Below, one piece after another: positions 10,844-24,597 of a stretch of DNA of 43,962 nt. The notes beneath the pieces were generated by a model that was given only the letters and a program-made list of their open reading frames with translations, searched no databases and was not told the origin of the DNA. The stretch comes from Paraglomus brasilianum (Eukaryota), in contig CAJVPI010000192.1 of the NCBI GenBank assembly GCA_910592345.1, forward strand, positions 1 through 43,962, in the 5' to 3' direction. The number at the start of each line of letters is the position of its first letter. Positions within the stretch are counted from its first letter, which is position 1. The position numbers were made by a program, and so were the translations under genes.

Positions 10844-12236
10844 GTTCAATAAATGCACCAATTGCGTCACACAGTCACTGCAGCCAATAATATAAGACAA
10901 ACGCTACTCCCCGACACGTTTGTTACCAGTGTGTGTGACTAGAGAACACTGAAGTCTTATTTGGTAAAGAAAGCTCGAGATCAGGTTTACTATTGAATTG
11001 CACGTATCTAAGGAAACAAGTTTAGCATTCTAAATAATCACTCCTGATGGCTTTATATTTTCAAGAGCGACAATATTCTGTAATAAATAATAACTTTGTG
11101 CTTACGAATTATTGTTATTTATTATTTCTATTTATTGAGGCTAGGCAATGGGGGGTAAGATGTTGCTTCACATAGCGTATGCTGCAGCAAATTTACAACT
11201 GCTGAACGTTGCAAATTGTCCACATCATCTTTATTATTATATTATTATCTTTCGTATTTGCCTTGATATTAACGCAATAAAGAGTTCGCTTGTAAAAGCA
11301 AGCATGTTTTGTAAAGCTTATCGATTTGTTTCTATTATAACAAATATATAGCGGTTAATATTTTAATTGTAATGAAAAAGATTCGTTTATTCATATACAT
11401 TAATTTCTGCGCTACATTTATTTTTGCATCCTGGAGATGTTCTAACAAACATGGCCGCCAAACAAAGATTGAAAAGGTTTGGGTGTCTGAGGGAATGGTG
11501 CAGAGGAAGGATATGTTTAGGAGTTGCATTGGTTGCGTTCGTTGGCACTCACGACAATTACGATTCTGAACCCCTGAAACTGCGCTGTGACATTGTCGTA
11601 TGCATCTCTAATGCATAGAATGATGTCTTTCAACACCTGAACCTTATTGCTATATAATAATAGCAGTAAAATAGTTACGTGAACTTTTCAACGCATCAAA
11701 TGTTGCATATACAATAAAATAATTCGATTGGTACAATTGAGCCGTATAATTTATGGCCTTGCGTTGACAAGAAATATATGTTATTTGCTATACCTTGTTA
11801 TAGCCCCATAAAAAGGTCCGTCCCAACATGTGTGTCGTATTTCCTCTACCACAGTTACCATGGTTACAATAAATCATGATGGTAAAAAATAAAAACTTTT
11901 AATTTTTCTTCAAATAAACGACAAACACGTGACATTCCAGTAATCACGTCATGGGAAAGTGAAAAAGGCCCCGCTTGTACTTGTCTAACGTTGCAAGGAA
12001 TTACGTAACTGTACCATGGCAAAGTTATTACGATCTTGGTACATTTTTCGGGTTGATGGCATTCCGAGCCAATCATTCGACCTTTTTGTTGTCAACTTTT
12101 CGTTTTCCACTATTAATCCCACTATAACTACCCCTTCCTTCGCTGCCCGTCTATATTCCACATACGCTCTTTTCAATTAGTTCCTGTTATACCAGTTTAA
12201 GAACGTTCTAGCGTGGCGAGAGAATAGTAAAAAACT

Positions 12237-13441
12237 ATGGGCCTATTTAACCTTGAAGAACAACTCACTTTCTATGGACAATATCATAATAACAAGACCA
12301 ACGTCATTATTCATATTGGTATGACAATCGCATTTTCATATAATTCGCTGACACTTTGAACGAATACACACAAAACATCGATTAACGACTTGTAATCCCA
12401 TCATATAATATCACCTATGGACCTTGACTCGCTCGGCAACGGTTTGACGTACGACACGATACACTCATGATTACCTCTGGGATGCCAATTTACAAAGTCT
12501 TTGTTCCGCTAATTTTGTGGAGTTCGTTTGTATGGGCATCTAATACGGGACCATTAGTTGGATATGATGAAGATTCCTTGTGGAGCAAGACGCCATTCGA
12601 ACCAAATCTTGCTTTTTTCGCCGCCTTATTTTATGTGTGCTACTACCTACTGTTGGAACCTATCGCTGGGGTAAGTGAATTCGTTGATCTGGGTATGAGG
12701 AAGTATGTGAGAGAGAGATTTTCGTTACGAGGAGTATTACTCGAAATGATGAGTAGTTTAATGGCGGATAAATATTGAGAGATTGTAAAACAAGAGAGAA
12801 GTGCTAATCAATCAGGTTGAGATTGTTGTATTTTCGTAATCCTGTGTATATTATTCCATCAGCGTTATATTGGCGAGTTTTCACCGTTCTCATTCTAATC
12901 CTATTCAAACTATTTCTCACTTTTTCAATCAATCCGTTTTTTCTTATGTCGCCAACAAACTCTTCATAAACTTTTTACACTATCCCAGTTAATTTATGCT
13001 CCTATTATCCTCGGAATGGCATATAATGCAACCGAGTTTATGAAGACATATCCGGGTCATAACTATCTCGCTGGAATCGTTCACGTTGGAAGTTGGATCG
13101 TTCAGTTCATTGGTCACGGAGTTTTTGAGAAGAGAAGTCCCGCTTTGAAGGATAATATCGCTCAAGGTAATAAATGATGGTATTAGTCACTTGATAAATA
13201 TTAGATCAAAATGCTTTGATTTATATTCTACTCAATTATCATATATCGCTTTATGGCTAATACTGGATTATCTGATCGCAATTTAGCACTGCTTCTCGCT
13301 CCCTTGTTTGTATGGCTTGAAGTTCTGTTTGCCACTGGGTATCGACCTGCCCTACAGAAACGTGTAGAAGCCAAGGTTAATACTGCTATTACCAAATTTA
13401 AGGCAGGACAAAAGAAGGCAGGGCAAAAGAAGGCAGATTGA
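12237..13441 (+). CDS. MPO1: DUF962/Mpo1-family ER membrane protein (2-hydroxy fatty acid dioxygenase-like), 4 exons
   Basis: Exons 12237-12318, 12498-12670, 12989-13166, 13287-13441. Motifs LEEQLTFYGQYHNNKTNVIIH, FVPLILW, WIVQFIGHGVFEKRSPALKDN, LLAPLFVWLE, GYRP. Confidence 0.9.
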
Positions 13442-14022
13442 GATGTACGCATTATATGATATGTGTGAGAGAGAATTGATATCTGCCACATCGAATCTAG
13501 AGCACGATTAATACATTCAATACGTTCGCATATTACAGAATGAACATTGCTAATATTGATAATTTGTACGACATGAGTACGCATCCGTTAACATTCTCGA
13601 CATGTGGTTTATGGACGGTACGATGTTTTTCTTGGTTAATAAAGACTTGTTTATAGCTTTTAGCGTTGGGCACGTATGCGTGTTTTAGGTGATTGTGGGG
13701 TAGGTATTCCGTCATCTTGTAAATATTGCATGTTAAATTTGGTTACCAGATTGTCAAGGCAATATATTCTGATTAGATATTACTGTATAATTAAACCCGT
13801 TAATATTAATGTATGTATTAAGGTTGGAAAACAATCTTCTGACACAACTTCCGAAAAGCATTAAAATTTTTTTGCTGTTCTTCCCAATGATTAGGAGAGT
13901 TGAGTGCGATTGAATTATGTCTGTTGATATGATTTCCCGTATTATATTTCAAAAGCATCGCTTTTATTTTCGGATATCTTCACAGACGCCAAAGTAGTCC
14001 GTAAATGTGCCGTCAAAAATTA

Positions 14023-14198
14023 AATCGGATTAAAAATGAAATTTTCTCTATTTTAATATGAAAATTTAAAATTTTTTGGGGACGCTTTTTTTTGGATTTG
14101 GGATGGGATTTAGGGTAATTTTTGTTAATAGAAGAGTATATGTGGGTTTCAGCATTAAAAGAGGATCCAAGAAACCCCAATTTCGTTTTAATCCGATT
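14023..14198. mobile_element. Small inverted-repeat (MITE-like) element
   Basis: aatcggattaaaaatgaaatt (14023) and aatttcgttttaatccgatt (ending 14198) form a ~20-bp near-perfect inverted repeat. Confidence 0.45.
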
Positions 14199-14965
14199 CA
14201 TTTTAATCTGCCACAATTAATGTTAACATTTCGGTACGGTACATCATACGAATAGATCAGAAAAGAAAAGAAAAATATCCCGTCTCCAAACATTCAAATT
14301 TCCGAAAATTCTAATTATGGGGAGTCGAACAATTACTATATTAATAGGCAGTTCGGAATATTTTTACGTGATCGTCATTTTACCACTAAACTAGCCATGC
14401 TAATGAATATTTAACCTTAACTCCACTACTTTTACGGATTGTTTCCTCTCCTCTCTGAAACCCAAGATATGTGGATTTCTTTCCGGATGATCTTTAACCG
14501 GATGCAAAAACTCCAATGGGGTGTGCAACCCCTGCCAAGGCTTCACATTACCTACATATTGGATAATTCAATCGCGTTTTGGTGCCCCAATTAAGACCAC
14601 GTTGACTTTTAAGAAAAGATTTGTTCGATGACGAGAATGCTCTCAACTGCGTTGGTATTAGTATTAGTATGGGCGCGGAAACTAATTCGACGGGGGGCAT
14701 ATTAATATGTAATGAATGCCTACACGTGGAAATCTTTGGGAAATTTAACAGCAGAATCGCCAGATTTAATCCGAAGTGAGAATGGTGATTAACTTAAAAC
14801 TCCATGAGAACACATTGTGAGCTTATTATTGAAAACAATGGTGAATACAGACTCATTGTGAATGTCTCAATATAAGCCTTATTGTTTAACAATTTTTCAC
14901 TACATCGGAATTTATTCTTCCCAAAATTTTGTTACAGATAGTATATTATCGTGAGAGAAAACACA

Positions 14966-17900
14966 TTATTTATCGTCTCTGAGAAAACTCCAATACCTCC
15001 ACATCCTTTCACAGACAAGTAATTTCTGTTTAGGACTCAAGTTAGGATCTTCAAGATCTCCGACATCCTCCAAGAAACCCGCTCGAATATTCCTACGTTT
15101 CGGCAGATAGGACCCATACGTGTGTAACAGGTGAGCTTTCGCGAGAACTAGTCCTTCGGTCATGTAAAGAGGATGGTCTTCCCGAATTAAAACTCTTTCT
15201 AATTGTCTGATGGCAATAAACGAAAAGAAAAAAAAGTGATTATTATTATCAGTTACTAACCAGAGAAGGAATTGAAAGACATCATTCACAACATACCCTA
15301 AGGTTACCCTTATTCGTTGATTCCCGGCCCACCATCCGCGTATTCCCAACAGTCTATTGCCCAACCATGATGATACAATATACACAATAAACAAACTGGG
15401 ACCAACGGCCAAGAATGCAAAGTTCAGCTCATTGGATTTCAAAAGTTTGTCCAACGCGGACATTGCTGTATCTAAGTCAACTTTGGTTTTCTGAATTTGA
15501 ATCAAGAACGTCCGAAGCAGTTTTCCTGTTTAAATAATAAATATGCTGGGTAAGCCGCTAAATAGGCTCACAGAAAGAAGATCAAAAAATAAGATTATGC
15601 GCTTTATAAACTAACCTTGAACAACAGATCTGAGCGGTTTCTTGAAAAATATGGCAATGTTAGATATAACTATACGCATTATTCATACTAATCAATATAA
15701 CCCGCCCGCAGTGATAATTTAAGATTTCCAACTCTTTGTATAAACTTGTACTATCCGACATATTTTCAAAGGAAAAAATGACAGTCGAGGTTGTTAAGCC
15801 GTAATATGATAACGTAATGTGTTTAATTCTCCGCAACCCCTATCAATCAATTAGAAACTGTCCGTATAGTAACAATGATTGTGATTGTAGTTTTTGAAAA
15901 GGAATATTATGGTGTCATATCTCAGTTAGGGACCTGGACCGAGACAACTGAGTTCTGGACTGAGTGACTGGGTTCTGAACTGAGACAGGTCCCAAATTCG
16001 GACAAGGACAGTGGCATAAAATCTATTATTTTTATAAAAGCTGAGTGCGTCGGAAAATACACTCACTGGACAAAAATCACCGTGATTTTTGCCGATCAAA
16101 AAACATATGAAAAATCTTTTTCTTCAAAGAGCTCTACTGTACGCATTTACCATGTAATCCACAACGATTTTGTACCGATTTGAAGATAATTGGTTGTACT
16201 TTCCGAGAAAATAATGATATACTAATACTGCAGTTCGATGTGTCTATGTTACACATATGAAAATCTATGAAAAACATATGTGTAATATAGATACCACCAC
16301 TTCGTCGAGATGATAACACGACTAACCATATTAATATCATTATTTTTCTCGGAAAATACAACAAATTATCTTCAAACCGGTACAAAAATCATTGTGACTT
16401 ACATAGTAGATACGGCCAGTAGAGGTTTTCGAAAAAATAGATCTTTCATAATTGCAAAAATCACGGTGATTTTTGTCCAGTGAGTGTATACGTGTAGCCT
16501 ATCCGTCACTTCATCGAGAACCAGCTTTAACGATGCAAACGTTATTGTTACTTACATAGTAATTGATTGATAGGGGTAGTGCCATCAGTCGCTTTAGTGA
16601 GGTAAATATTTGCAGACATCCAGCAAGTTCGGATTTCACACGTGTATTTGACTTGGGGCGGGTATTATAATATAACGTAACCTCTTTACCTGTAATTCGA
16701 TCTCATAGGCTCTCAATACAATCGACAAATCACCTTCTCTGACTTCCTCGGCCAGCTCAGCAAACTGTTCTTCTGTCAAGTTATAATTCTTCTTTGCAAA
16801 GTCTATAACCATACGCTCTAAAGACTGCAAAAATCACTTTATGAGCATGCATTACAAAAGTATAACCCCAACTCAAGTAAACAATTTTTGGTTCGTTCTT
16901 CCCGTTGTCTCTTTCATCATTGATATGATCATTTCCCACCAAAAACAAACCTCTAAATCTGCTTTCAGACTATTCTTTCCCATAACCGCCAGGCGCCTTT
17001 CACGATGTCGAATGGTCTCTATGATTCCCACAACTGGCTGCCAGACCCAGTCCGCCCAAAATTTTTCTATCGTTTCTGCAGCATTATTGGCCAAGGTTTT
17101 TATTTTTTGTTGATGATCAGTAACATATCGTGTGAGTTTAGTGCCGAAAAGGATAACGCTAATTGAAGGGAGCCAGTAGCGTGTGATAGCGGAAGGTCGA
17201 CCGTAAGTAGTGTGGATCAAATGGTTTGCAGAACAATAGGCAGGTAGATGGGTCGTGAGGATGGAGCGGATGTGAGTGTAGCAGGCTAGGAATGAAGGTG
17301 GCTCCGATACTTCATAATATGCTTGTAGAATTATTAGACACAAAAAAAAAGTATAAATATAAATATACGGTATACATGACGGTTTAAGTTCTCAGTCACT
17401 GTTTCCGTCTTTTTTTACCTACAAAACGCATCTTCAGCATCAGGCATCTTGCTTTTCTCCAGTTCAACATCCCTCCCTTGAAATAGCACTTGCTCAATGA
17501 TCACTATTCCCTTCATTACTTTGAATGCCACGATTTCATGCACTCTTTCCTTATCCTCTTCTGTATAATCTTCAAATTCCGGTCCCTTTCCCACCAATAG
17601 CCCAAGAATGGTCGCGTAATAATCCATGACGTTTTTTAAAATTTTCTTCTTATGTTTTACTTCTAATTTTGTTAATGATAAGAGATTAAGGGATGGATGG
17701 GCTATATAATGCCTTTGAAGATAAGAAGGAAAGAGGTGCAGCAGAGTGGTGGAAGATAATATCGAGGACAATGACCGAGAGGTCCGATTATGGAAGACAT
17801 TAAGACTGAGGCCGTATACGCGATGTGGAGTTGCTGATTATGAACATTTGGAGAAAATAAGAAAAGATGATCAGAAAGGCGAACGAATAAAGATCAAACG

Positions 17901-18422
17901 GGTATTGAATTCGATCGATTGAGATAACAACTTATTATTTGGCGAACTTTGTAGAAAATGCCCAAGTATCCATAAAGATCTTCCTTCGCATTCTTGCCAG
18001 TAACAGATATCATCATATAACGGTAGGATAACATCCAGAATTTTCTCAAGCACGTTCGCATATACGGCAACCAAAACCTTGGCCAGAAACATCCACTCGA
18101 TCATTTTTAACCCTTCTGTGATTCTACTGTTGTCGTTATCCGCATTGATTTTCCAATATTTGTGTACATTTTCTCCCACAGCATCTAATACGCATAGTAT
18201 TCTCTCAAAAGTAGGAATTGTATTTTTGTCCAAAGTTATGTCCAGAATGGACTGTTTAAGTAACAAAGCTAACGATTCAGCCGTAGACTCATTTATATCG
18301 GAGACATTAATAGCGTCGAGTCGTTCATAGAGATATTCGAGGGATGCCTTGGCATTGGGCGCATTAAAAAGCGTTTCGATATCCGCATTCAACTTTTGGA
18401 CGTGTTCGACAATAAAACACAT
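14966..18422 (-). CDS. NCA2: NCA2-family mitochondrial ATP synthase expression regulator, 7 exons
   Basis: Exons 18422-17948, 17833-17423, 17321-16951, 16824-16690, 15640-15616 (25-nt microexon), 15525-15297, 15206-14966. Motifs YGRPSAITRYWLP, FWADWVWQPV, SLKADLESLERMV, GDLSIVLRAYE, LLRTFLIQIQKTKVD, LDKLLKSNELNF. Confidence 0.9.
15836..16577. mobile_element. Outer inverted-repeat element in NCA2 intron 4
   Basis: Perfect 18-bp inverted repeat acccctatcaatcaatta (15836-15853) / taattgattgataggggt (16560-16577). No clear TSD. Confidence 0.65.
16060..16486. mobile_element. Tc1/mariner-type MITE, 427 bp, nested in the outer element
   Basis: Perfect 33-bp TIRs cactcactggacaaaaatcaccgtgatttttgc (16060-16092; reverse complement 16454-16486), flanked by TA at 16058-59 and 16487-88. 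Confidence 0.9.
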
Positions 18423-18676
18423 TTTTTTGCAACCGGAAAAAATTTTCCGGTCAAAAAAGAATATAATAGTAATGCTAACGCCTAATAAAGAATACTAAAT
18501 ACAGTTTAACACGTGAACCGGGCGTATAGACGTTGTAGAATGCGTTTGATGACTCGCATTGTGTGTGTATGTGCACCAGGCCTGTATGATAAACCCGCAT
18601 GTGAAACCCGGGTTCCCACATCCTTGCCTCGACGTTAAACTCCCTTGCTCAAAAAGACCCGTAAAATAGTGATCAA
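18423..18676. promoter_or_regulatory. Probable bidirectional promoter between NCA2 and the WNK kinase
   Basis: Only 254 bp separate the divergent start codons. Contains CACGTG (18510-18515) and recurring aaccgg/aacccg motifs. Confidence 0.5.
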
Positions 18677-20388
18677 ATGAGTAATATAATACCTTTTTCT
18701 AATGAAAACACGGAAAATAACGATGACGACGACGACGGTCGTCCCGTTGTCGTTGACACAGATCCTACTGGCCGGTTTGAACGATATGAAGAGTGTTTGG
18801 GTATTGGAGCTTATAAGGAAGTGTTTAAAGCGTTCGACCAGGAGGAAGCCGTTGAAGTTGCATGGTGTCAGCTGAAAGCAAGTTTTTCGGGAAGAAAGGA
18901 CGTAGAAAAGATATTGAACGAAATCTCGATTTTGCAGTCATTGCGCTGTGAAAATGTCATTAATTTTTACACATCCTGGGCAAAGAAGGGATCTGACGGG
19001 AGAGATCATATAATATTCATAACTGAACTCATGACTTCAGGCACGCTCAAGCAATACATAAAGAGAACCAAGGGCCTTCTTAAACCCAAACTTCTTAAGC
19101 AATGGGCTCGTCAGATATTAAAAGGCCTGAACTATCTACACACGCGAACCCCGCCAATTATCCATAGAGATCTCAAATGCGACAATATTTTCATTAATGG
19201 GAATAACGGCCAGGCCAAGATTGGTGATCTTGGTTTAGCAATAATCAAAAACAGAGACCACGTATCATCGGTGCTTGGAACGGTATTATATACTACTTTG
19301 GGTGAATTTGGGCTTCTTGTGTGTTCCCTGTCTTCAGATGCTTATATTAATATTGTTTGCTTTGCATTTCATGAAACCAACCTCTTGCAAAACCCCATAG
19401 CCCGAATTCATGGCGCCTGAATTATATGAGGAGAAATACAACGAAAAGGTGGACATCTATGCGTTTGGAATGTGCATGCTCGAGTTAGTAAGTAAGGAAT
19501 ATCCATATTCTGAATGTAATAATCAGGCACAGATCTTTCGTAAGGTTACGTCCGGTATAAGGCCACAAGCACTAGAAAAAATACAGGATCCAAAAACATT
19601 AGAGTTTGTAGAACTCTGTCTTAGGTTTGATCCAGACAAGAGACCTTCGGCTGCTGAACTTTTGGAGCATGAATTTCTGCAAGATACTAGCGCCGCTAAT
19701 GAACCAATAGCTTTATCAGAACAACAAGCAACGTCGCCAGTATTACCTGTATCATATGATCACAATAATCCAGAGACATTAATAGCCACTATATCGTCAC
19801 CGCTTTCGCAAGTGCAGTCTTCTACGGACTTGCGAGGGCATAATTCGACAACTGAAACTATCACTAATGAAACTGTAAAAGCGAAATCTCAGTCGGACAT
19901 CACTAAAGTTGAGTCATACGACCCGAAAAAATTTCCAACACCCCTTAATTTGTCAATTGCAACCAAAACCATTGACGCAGAGAGTAAAACTTATCAAGTA
20001 CGGTCAGCTACTTTTCCGCCTCCACAACAAGTTCAAAAATTAACAACGGACGCGTCTGTCGATCGGAACGTTCAAGGAGAAGATTTATTTAAATGTGATG
20101 TCAAAATTGTAGAAAAACTCACACGAGAAGAAGTTACACTGAAAATGACTATAACTGAACCAGGACAACAAGAAATGGAGATAAAATTTCCATTCAATTT
20201 AGAAGAAGATACGATCAAGAACGTCGTGGCAGAGATGGTACGCGAGTCAATTTTGAAACCAGAAGGACAAATGCTGGCGCAGCAAAAAATCGAAGATATT
20301 GTTAGTAAGATTGCATGGGATGCGCCTACGCCTGCTCAACAAGATCGACGACGGCAACAACAACAGCAGCAACAACAACAACAACAGC

Positions 20389-20419
<31 letters not shown>

Positions 20420-20421
20420 GC

Positions 20422-20491
<70 letters not shown>

Positions 20492-22245
20492 ACAGCAATA
20501 CCGACAACAGGATGTGTCACTACAACAATCGCGACAAGGACAGCCACTGCTGTTGCAATCACAAGAATCTCATGCTAGTCTTCCACGATCAAGAACATCC
20601 TCCATTCATGGTCAAACAGAACGTTCTCATGATGGTGCACTTGATGGCTCGTCAATAATGACTCCTACAAAAATAGCTGTCAACGCTAATGGATTTCCCT
20701 CGCCAAATTATTATTCCGACATTTCGTCATCATATGGAAGCATGGAATTACTACAAAAGACTTCTCATCACGGAATTTCTTCATCCATCGAGAGCCTTCC
20801 ACATACTTCATCGACTCGAGCTTCGTGGGAAAAAGAAGACGACGAAGTCCGAAAAGTGCTTAGTCGCAATGACAGAATGAATGATAGTTTTCTCCAACCA
20901 GCTGGTTCTCAGCTTGTGTTACCAGTCGAAACATCTGTAACAGAACCCATGGCTCGTGAAATTCCCGCACAATTGCCAAGCACCATGGTGACCAAGTCAC
21001 GCACGACGGAGGATGTCGTTCCAGGACATTTAGCAAAGAGACGATCATCTTCTCTGTCATCTTCTCTGCCGCCAGCTGAAGTTATAATGCAACAAGTTCC
21101 CTCATTTACCATACGATCCGAGATGGTTGCTACTTATCAAAATCCCACTGCTGTTGTTGGAAATTCGCTTGCGCCTAGTATTAGTATGAATGAACCGACG
21201 GCTACTGAATCATTGCTACCATCTCCATCAAGCCTTCCTGCTCGACCGCCTTCGGTGGGAACCACGGAACGGCTAGCAAGTCGAACAGATTCTTATCATG
21301 TGCAGGAGTTGCCTGAGACAGATGTACACACAGATACTATTTTAGTGCCTACAGAGTCATATGATAATGAAGGAATGTTAGTCATTGGCGAACCGCAACA
21401 CGTAGGGCATGCAAATTCTTCTGGGCCACAATCTCCTGCAATGATTCCTAATAGAGACGACCGAACAAGAAGAATTTCTAACCCCCCTGTGCCTAATTCC
21501 TCTATATATTATACGAATATACCTCATCATCATATCGATGCGTACCATGCATCGCATGAACATCTAGTGAGAAAAGTGCCCACTTCGTCGACCGGGTCGC
21601 TTTCGTCCGTTCATTCGATCGGTGCTCTAGACAGTTCAATTGTACAGTCGGACTTTTTGTTACGTGATCAGCTTCATCCTGAAAGTCTACAGGGAATGAT
21701 TGATGGGATAGGAGTGAGTATTGGATTGGGAATAGCCGATGCTGGATATACATCTAAATCTCACGGTATTTCTCTTTTTACTCTAATTGGTCACTATCAT
21801 AAAAAGTTTAATATTTAATTGAATAACATTGTTTTCTCTAGGCTATGTAAATATTAATTCAGACGCATCACAACCACTACAATTGGATCCTTTAACCCAT
21901 AGACTAGGTTCTCGCCTTGCGGAAGAACCATATTCATATGAACCAGATGAAGATGATAGTACTGAGGACGATGAATTAGATTTAGTATCTGATTTGAGAG
22001 AGAGACAGAGGAGAGAAACGCAAGAGCTACAAGCTAAACATGAGCACGAATGGGCTGCCCTAATACAACGCAGAAAAATGCGACATAAATCCCCACATGT
22101 AAAGGCCGCCAATTCTTCTATCGGAAGATCTGTTATCTCTCCGCTGATGCATCGACCAGTGTCCGAATTGTCAGACCATCAGGTTGGTAGTATATCATCT
22201 GTATCTTCGACATCATCGCATGGGGATTCGCGGGGCATCTTTTAA
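18677..22245 (+). CDS. WNK: WNK (With-No-lysine) family Ser/Thr kinase with CCT/PF2-like domain, polyQ and C-terminal coiled coil, 3 exons
   Basis: Exons 18677-19282, 19401-21765, 21842-22245. [12 protein letters not shown] (Lys in subdomain I), EVAWCQL (Cys replaces the VAIK Lys), [33 protein letters not shown], spliced [24 protein letters not shown]. Confidence 0.92.
20355..20498 (+). repeat. CAA/CAG trinucleotide tract encoding 48 Gln
   Basis: 144 nt of uninterrupted CAA/CAG codons in frame within WNK exon 2. Confidence 0.95.
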
Positions 22246-24597
22246 TCAAACGTACGGGTGCCTGAAGTGCTTGACTGATAGCACTCGCTCTATAATGATA
22301 ACAAACGTAATATTAAAAATTTAAAAGTTTATAATGTCTAGATCTATAATAATAGTGTATGGCATACATTATTAATAAATTAGAACCAAATATTTAATAA
22401 GAGAGTCGCTAGTAAAACTTATGGTAGTTCTCTCGTTGTTCTTGTATCTGATGCTTATTAATTGGAGAATCTTCATCGGTACAGAATCCTCAGACAGTTC
22501 AAACGGTCGCCAGTAATCAACACGTGAACGCTGACACCCAGGCCCCGTCTGGCATATAGGGACAGTCACCAACACGATATGACTTGGTGAGCATCCCATT
22601 ATTTTCATAACAACTCTGCTTTTCTTGGTTAGTCAATTTTTTAGACTTGTTCTTTCTAAGCGTACTTAATCTTCAGTTCCACATCCATAGAATAAAAGGC
22701 ATGGGCGGACTTACGGTGGGACATTGTGTGGTATATGGCCCATCCCTTAGACGGACACTTGAAATCCAAATAGGTTACGTGATGTCTTTGTAATGATATA
22801 TTGCTCAATGAACACTAATAATTATTAATATGAGCAAGAATTGGTTAGACTGGTAATAAGAGAAATGATTGGTTTTGACAAATTGTATTTAATTCAAGGA
22901 ATAATTGTCAAGGATCCCAAATTATGAGTAATGTCGATGGGACGCGTGTGGCTTAACTTGGTATTGCACATTCGCCAAGGTAATGATCTCTATGACAAAA
23001 AAAAATTTTTTTCTTCCTTGATTCGAAAATCAAGAGAATGGTAGATTATCTGTTATGTGTGAGCCGTAATCTAGTGATATACCATCATCATCATTTTCAT
23101 GCTCTATTTTATCTTCTTGGTCGACCATTCGTTTTCCAAGGGAGTGGTCGGGTTGATAGAAGTTTCTTATAGTAACGCATTTCTTTGGCGTAATTCGTGA
23201 ATTCAAACACGAAAAAAAAACAAACAACTTGCAGTATTTGACATATATTGTAGGTTCGTTTAACGAGCGGTTTACTGAATTGATCTTACATTAATTTCTA
23301 CGAGTTATACGTCATTGATTATACGTTCTATCTAAATACCAAGTCTAATCAGCGAACACATAAAACAACAAAAGTAAGCTTTTTTTTGTAAATTATTGTG
23401 CTGTTTATAGGTTAAAGTTGCGAAACATATATTATGATTTTTTGGACCCGAAAAACAGATGCTATTCGTCTGTTGTCGTTTTTTTTTTCTATCTGTACAA
23501 AATTTTAGACAGAGACCTGCTTCTAACGGTTTCAATGTAGTTTGTTCAAAACAATGGTTTTCTTTCTTCGGGAATTGTGACAAAAATGTGTTAAGAACAA
23601 TACGTTGACAGATGGATTGACATTATTCCGATCTTGAACGTGGGCATCGAAAACAGAGATTTAATATTAAATGCACAACATGTATAATTTATGCTCCCGT
23701 TATAATATTTAATTGGCTACCACGGGAGCGCATATAATGTGACATAAAACGGTCTTGATCGAATTTAATTATACAAGCGAATGACCGCTCAGTTCTTTCA
23801 TCGTTCTTTGTATTCAAAATGCGGGTAATAGTAAATTAAGATGCCACCAATAAATTGAAACAGTGATGTACACAAGGGTTTGTGATCCCATTCAAACATT
23901 AAATGCATGAAATTTTTCCCGTAATCGTGTGGAAAAAATGATGTGGGAAAAATAACGAACGTGGAAAATTTTAGGTTTATGATTCTCAGGGAATATTTTA
24001 ATATAACCAAATCTCGTGAGATTTTTTTAGGGCGTCGAACCTTGAGACTTTCCTGAACTAGTCAGTTTTATCTAGAGATTATAATTTCCACTCAAATCTA
24101 TCCGTGACGGCAATTGATATCAAGATTGTAAAGGCCGTTCGAGGCCTGGATATAAAGTTTGAAAGTAAATCAGATTTTTATTTTGACTATGATAAAAAGG
24201 CTTCTTCAGCTCCTTCGATCAGCAGCAGGGGAATAAAATTATTAGCGGCGACAAAGATAAACAAAAAGCCATCCTGCTTTGATTAATAAATAGTATTATT
24301 TTATATTCTTTCATATACCCACAAGTAAACAATAAAATAGATTACATTTTAATAATTTTCTTTTTTTTTCCAGTGGTTGTCAGACAAAAGGTAAAAACAT
24401 CTTACAAGAAGAAATGAAAAGAACCAAAACAAAAAAAAAATCTAAAAATATATAGTTAAGAGAATTCAACCGATACAAATATAAATCAAAAGTTCTTTTC
24501 AGAGTGATTAAAGAGACAGAAATGGTAGTACACATCCGCTACTCAGGCTCGTCGTTTAAACTACTTGTACAATGCATAGATAACAATGGCTCCTTGT

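Noticed and set aside
20247..20658. PolyL, polyN, polyT and polyV ORFs
   Set aside because: Alternative frames and antisense readings of the CAA/CAG tract in WNK.
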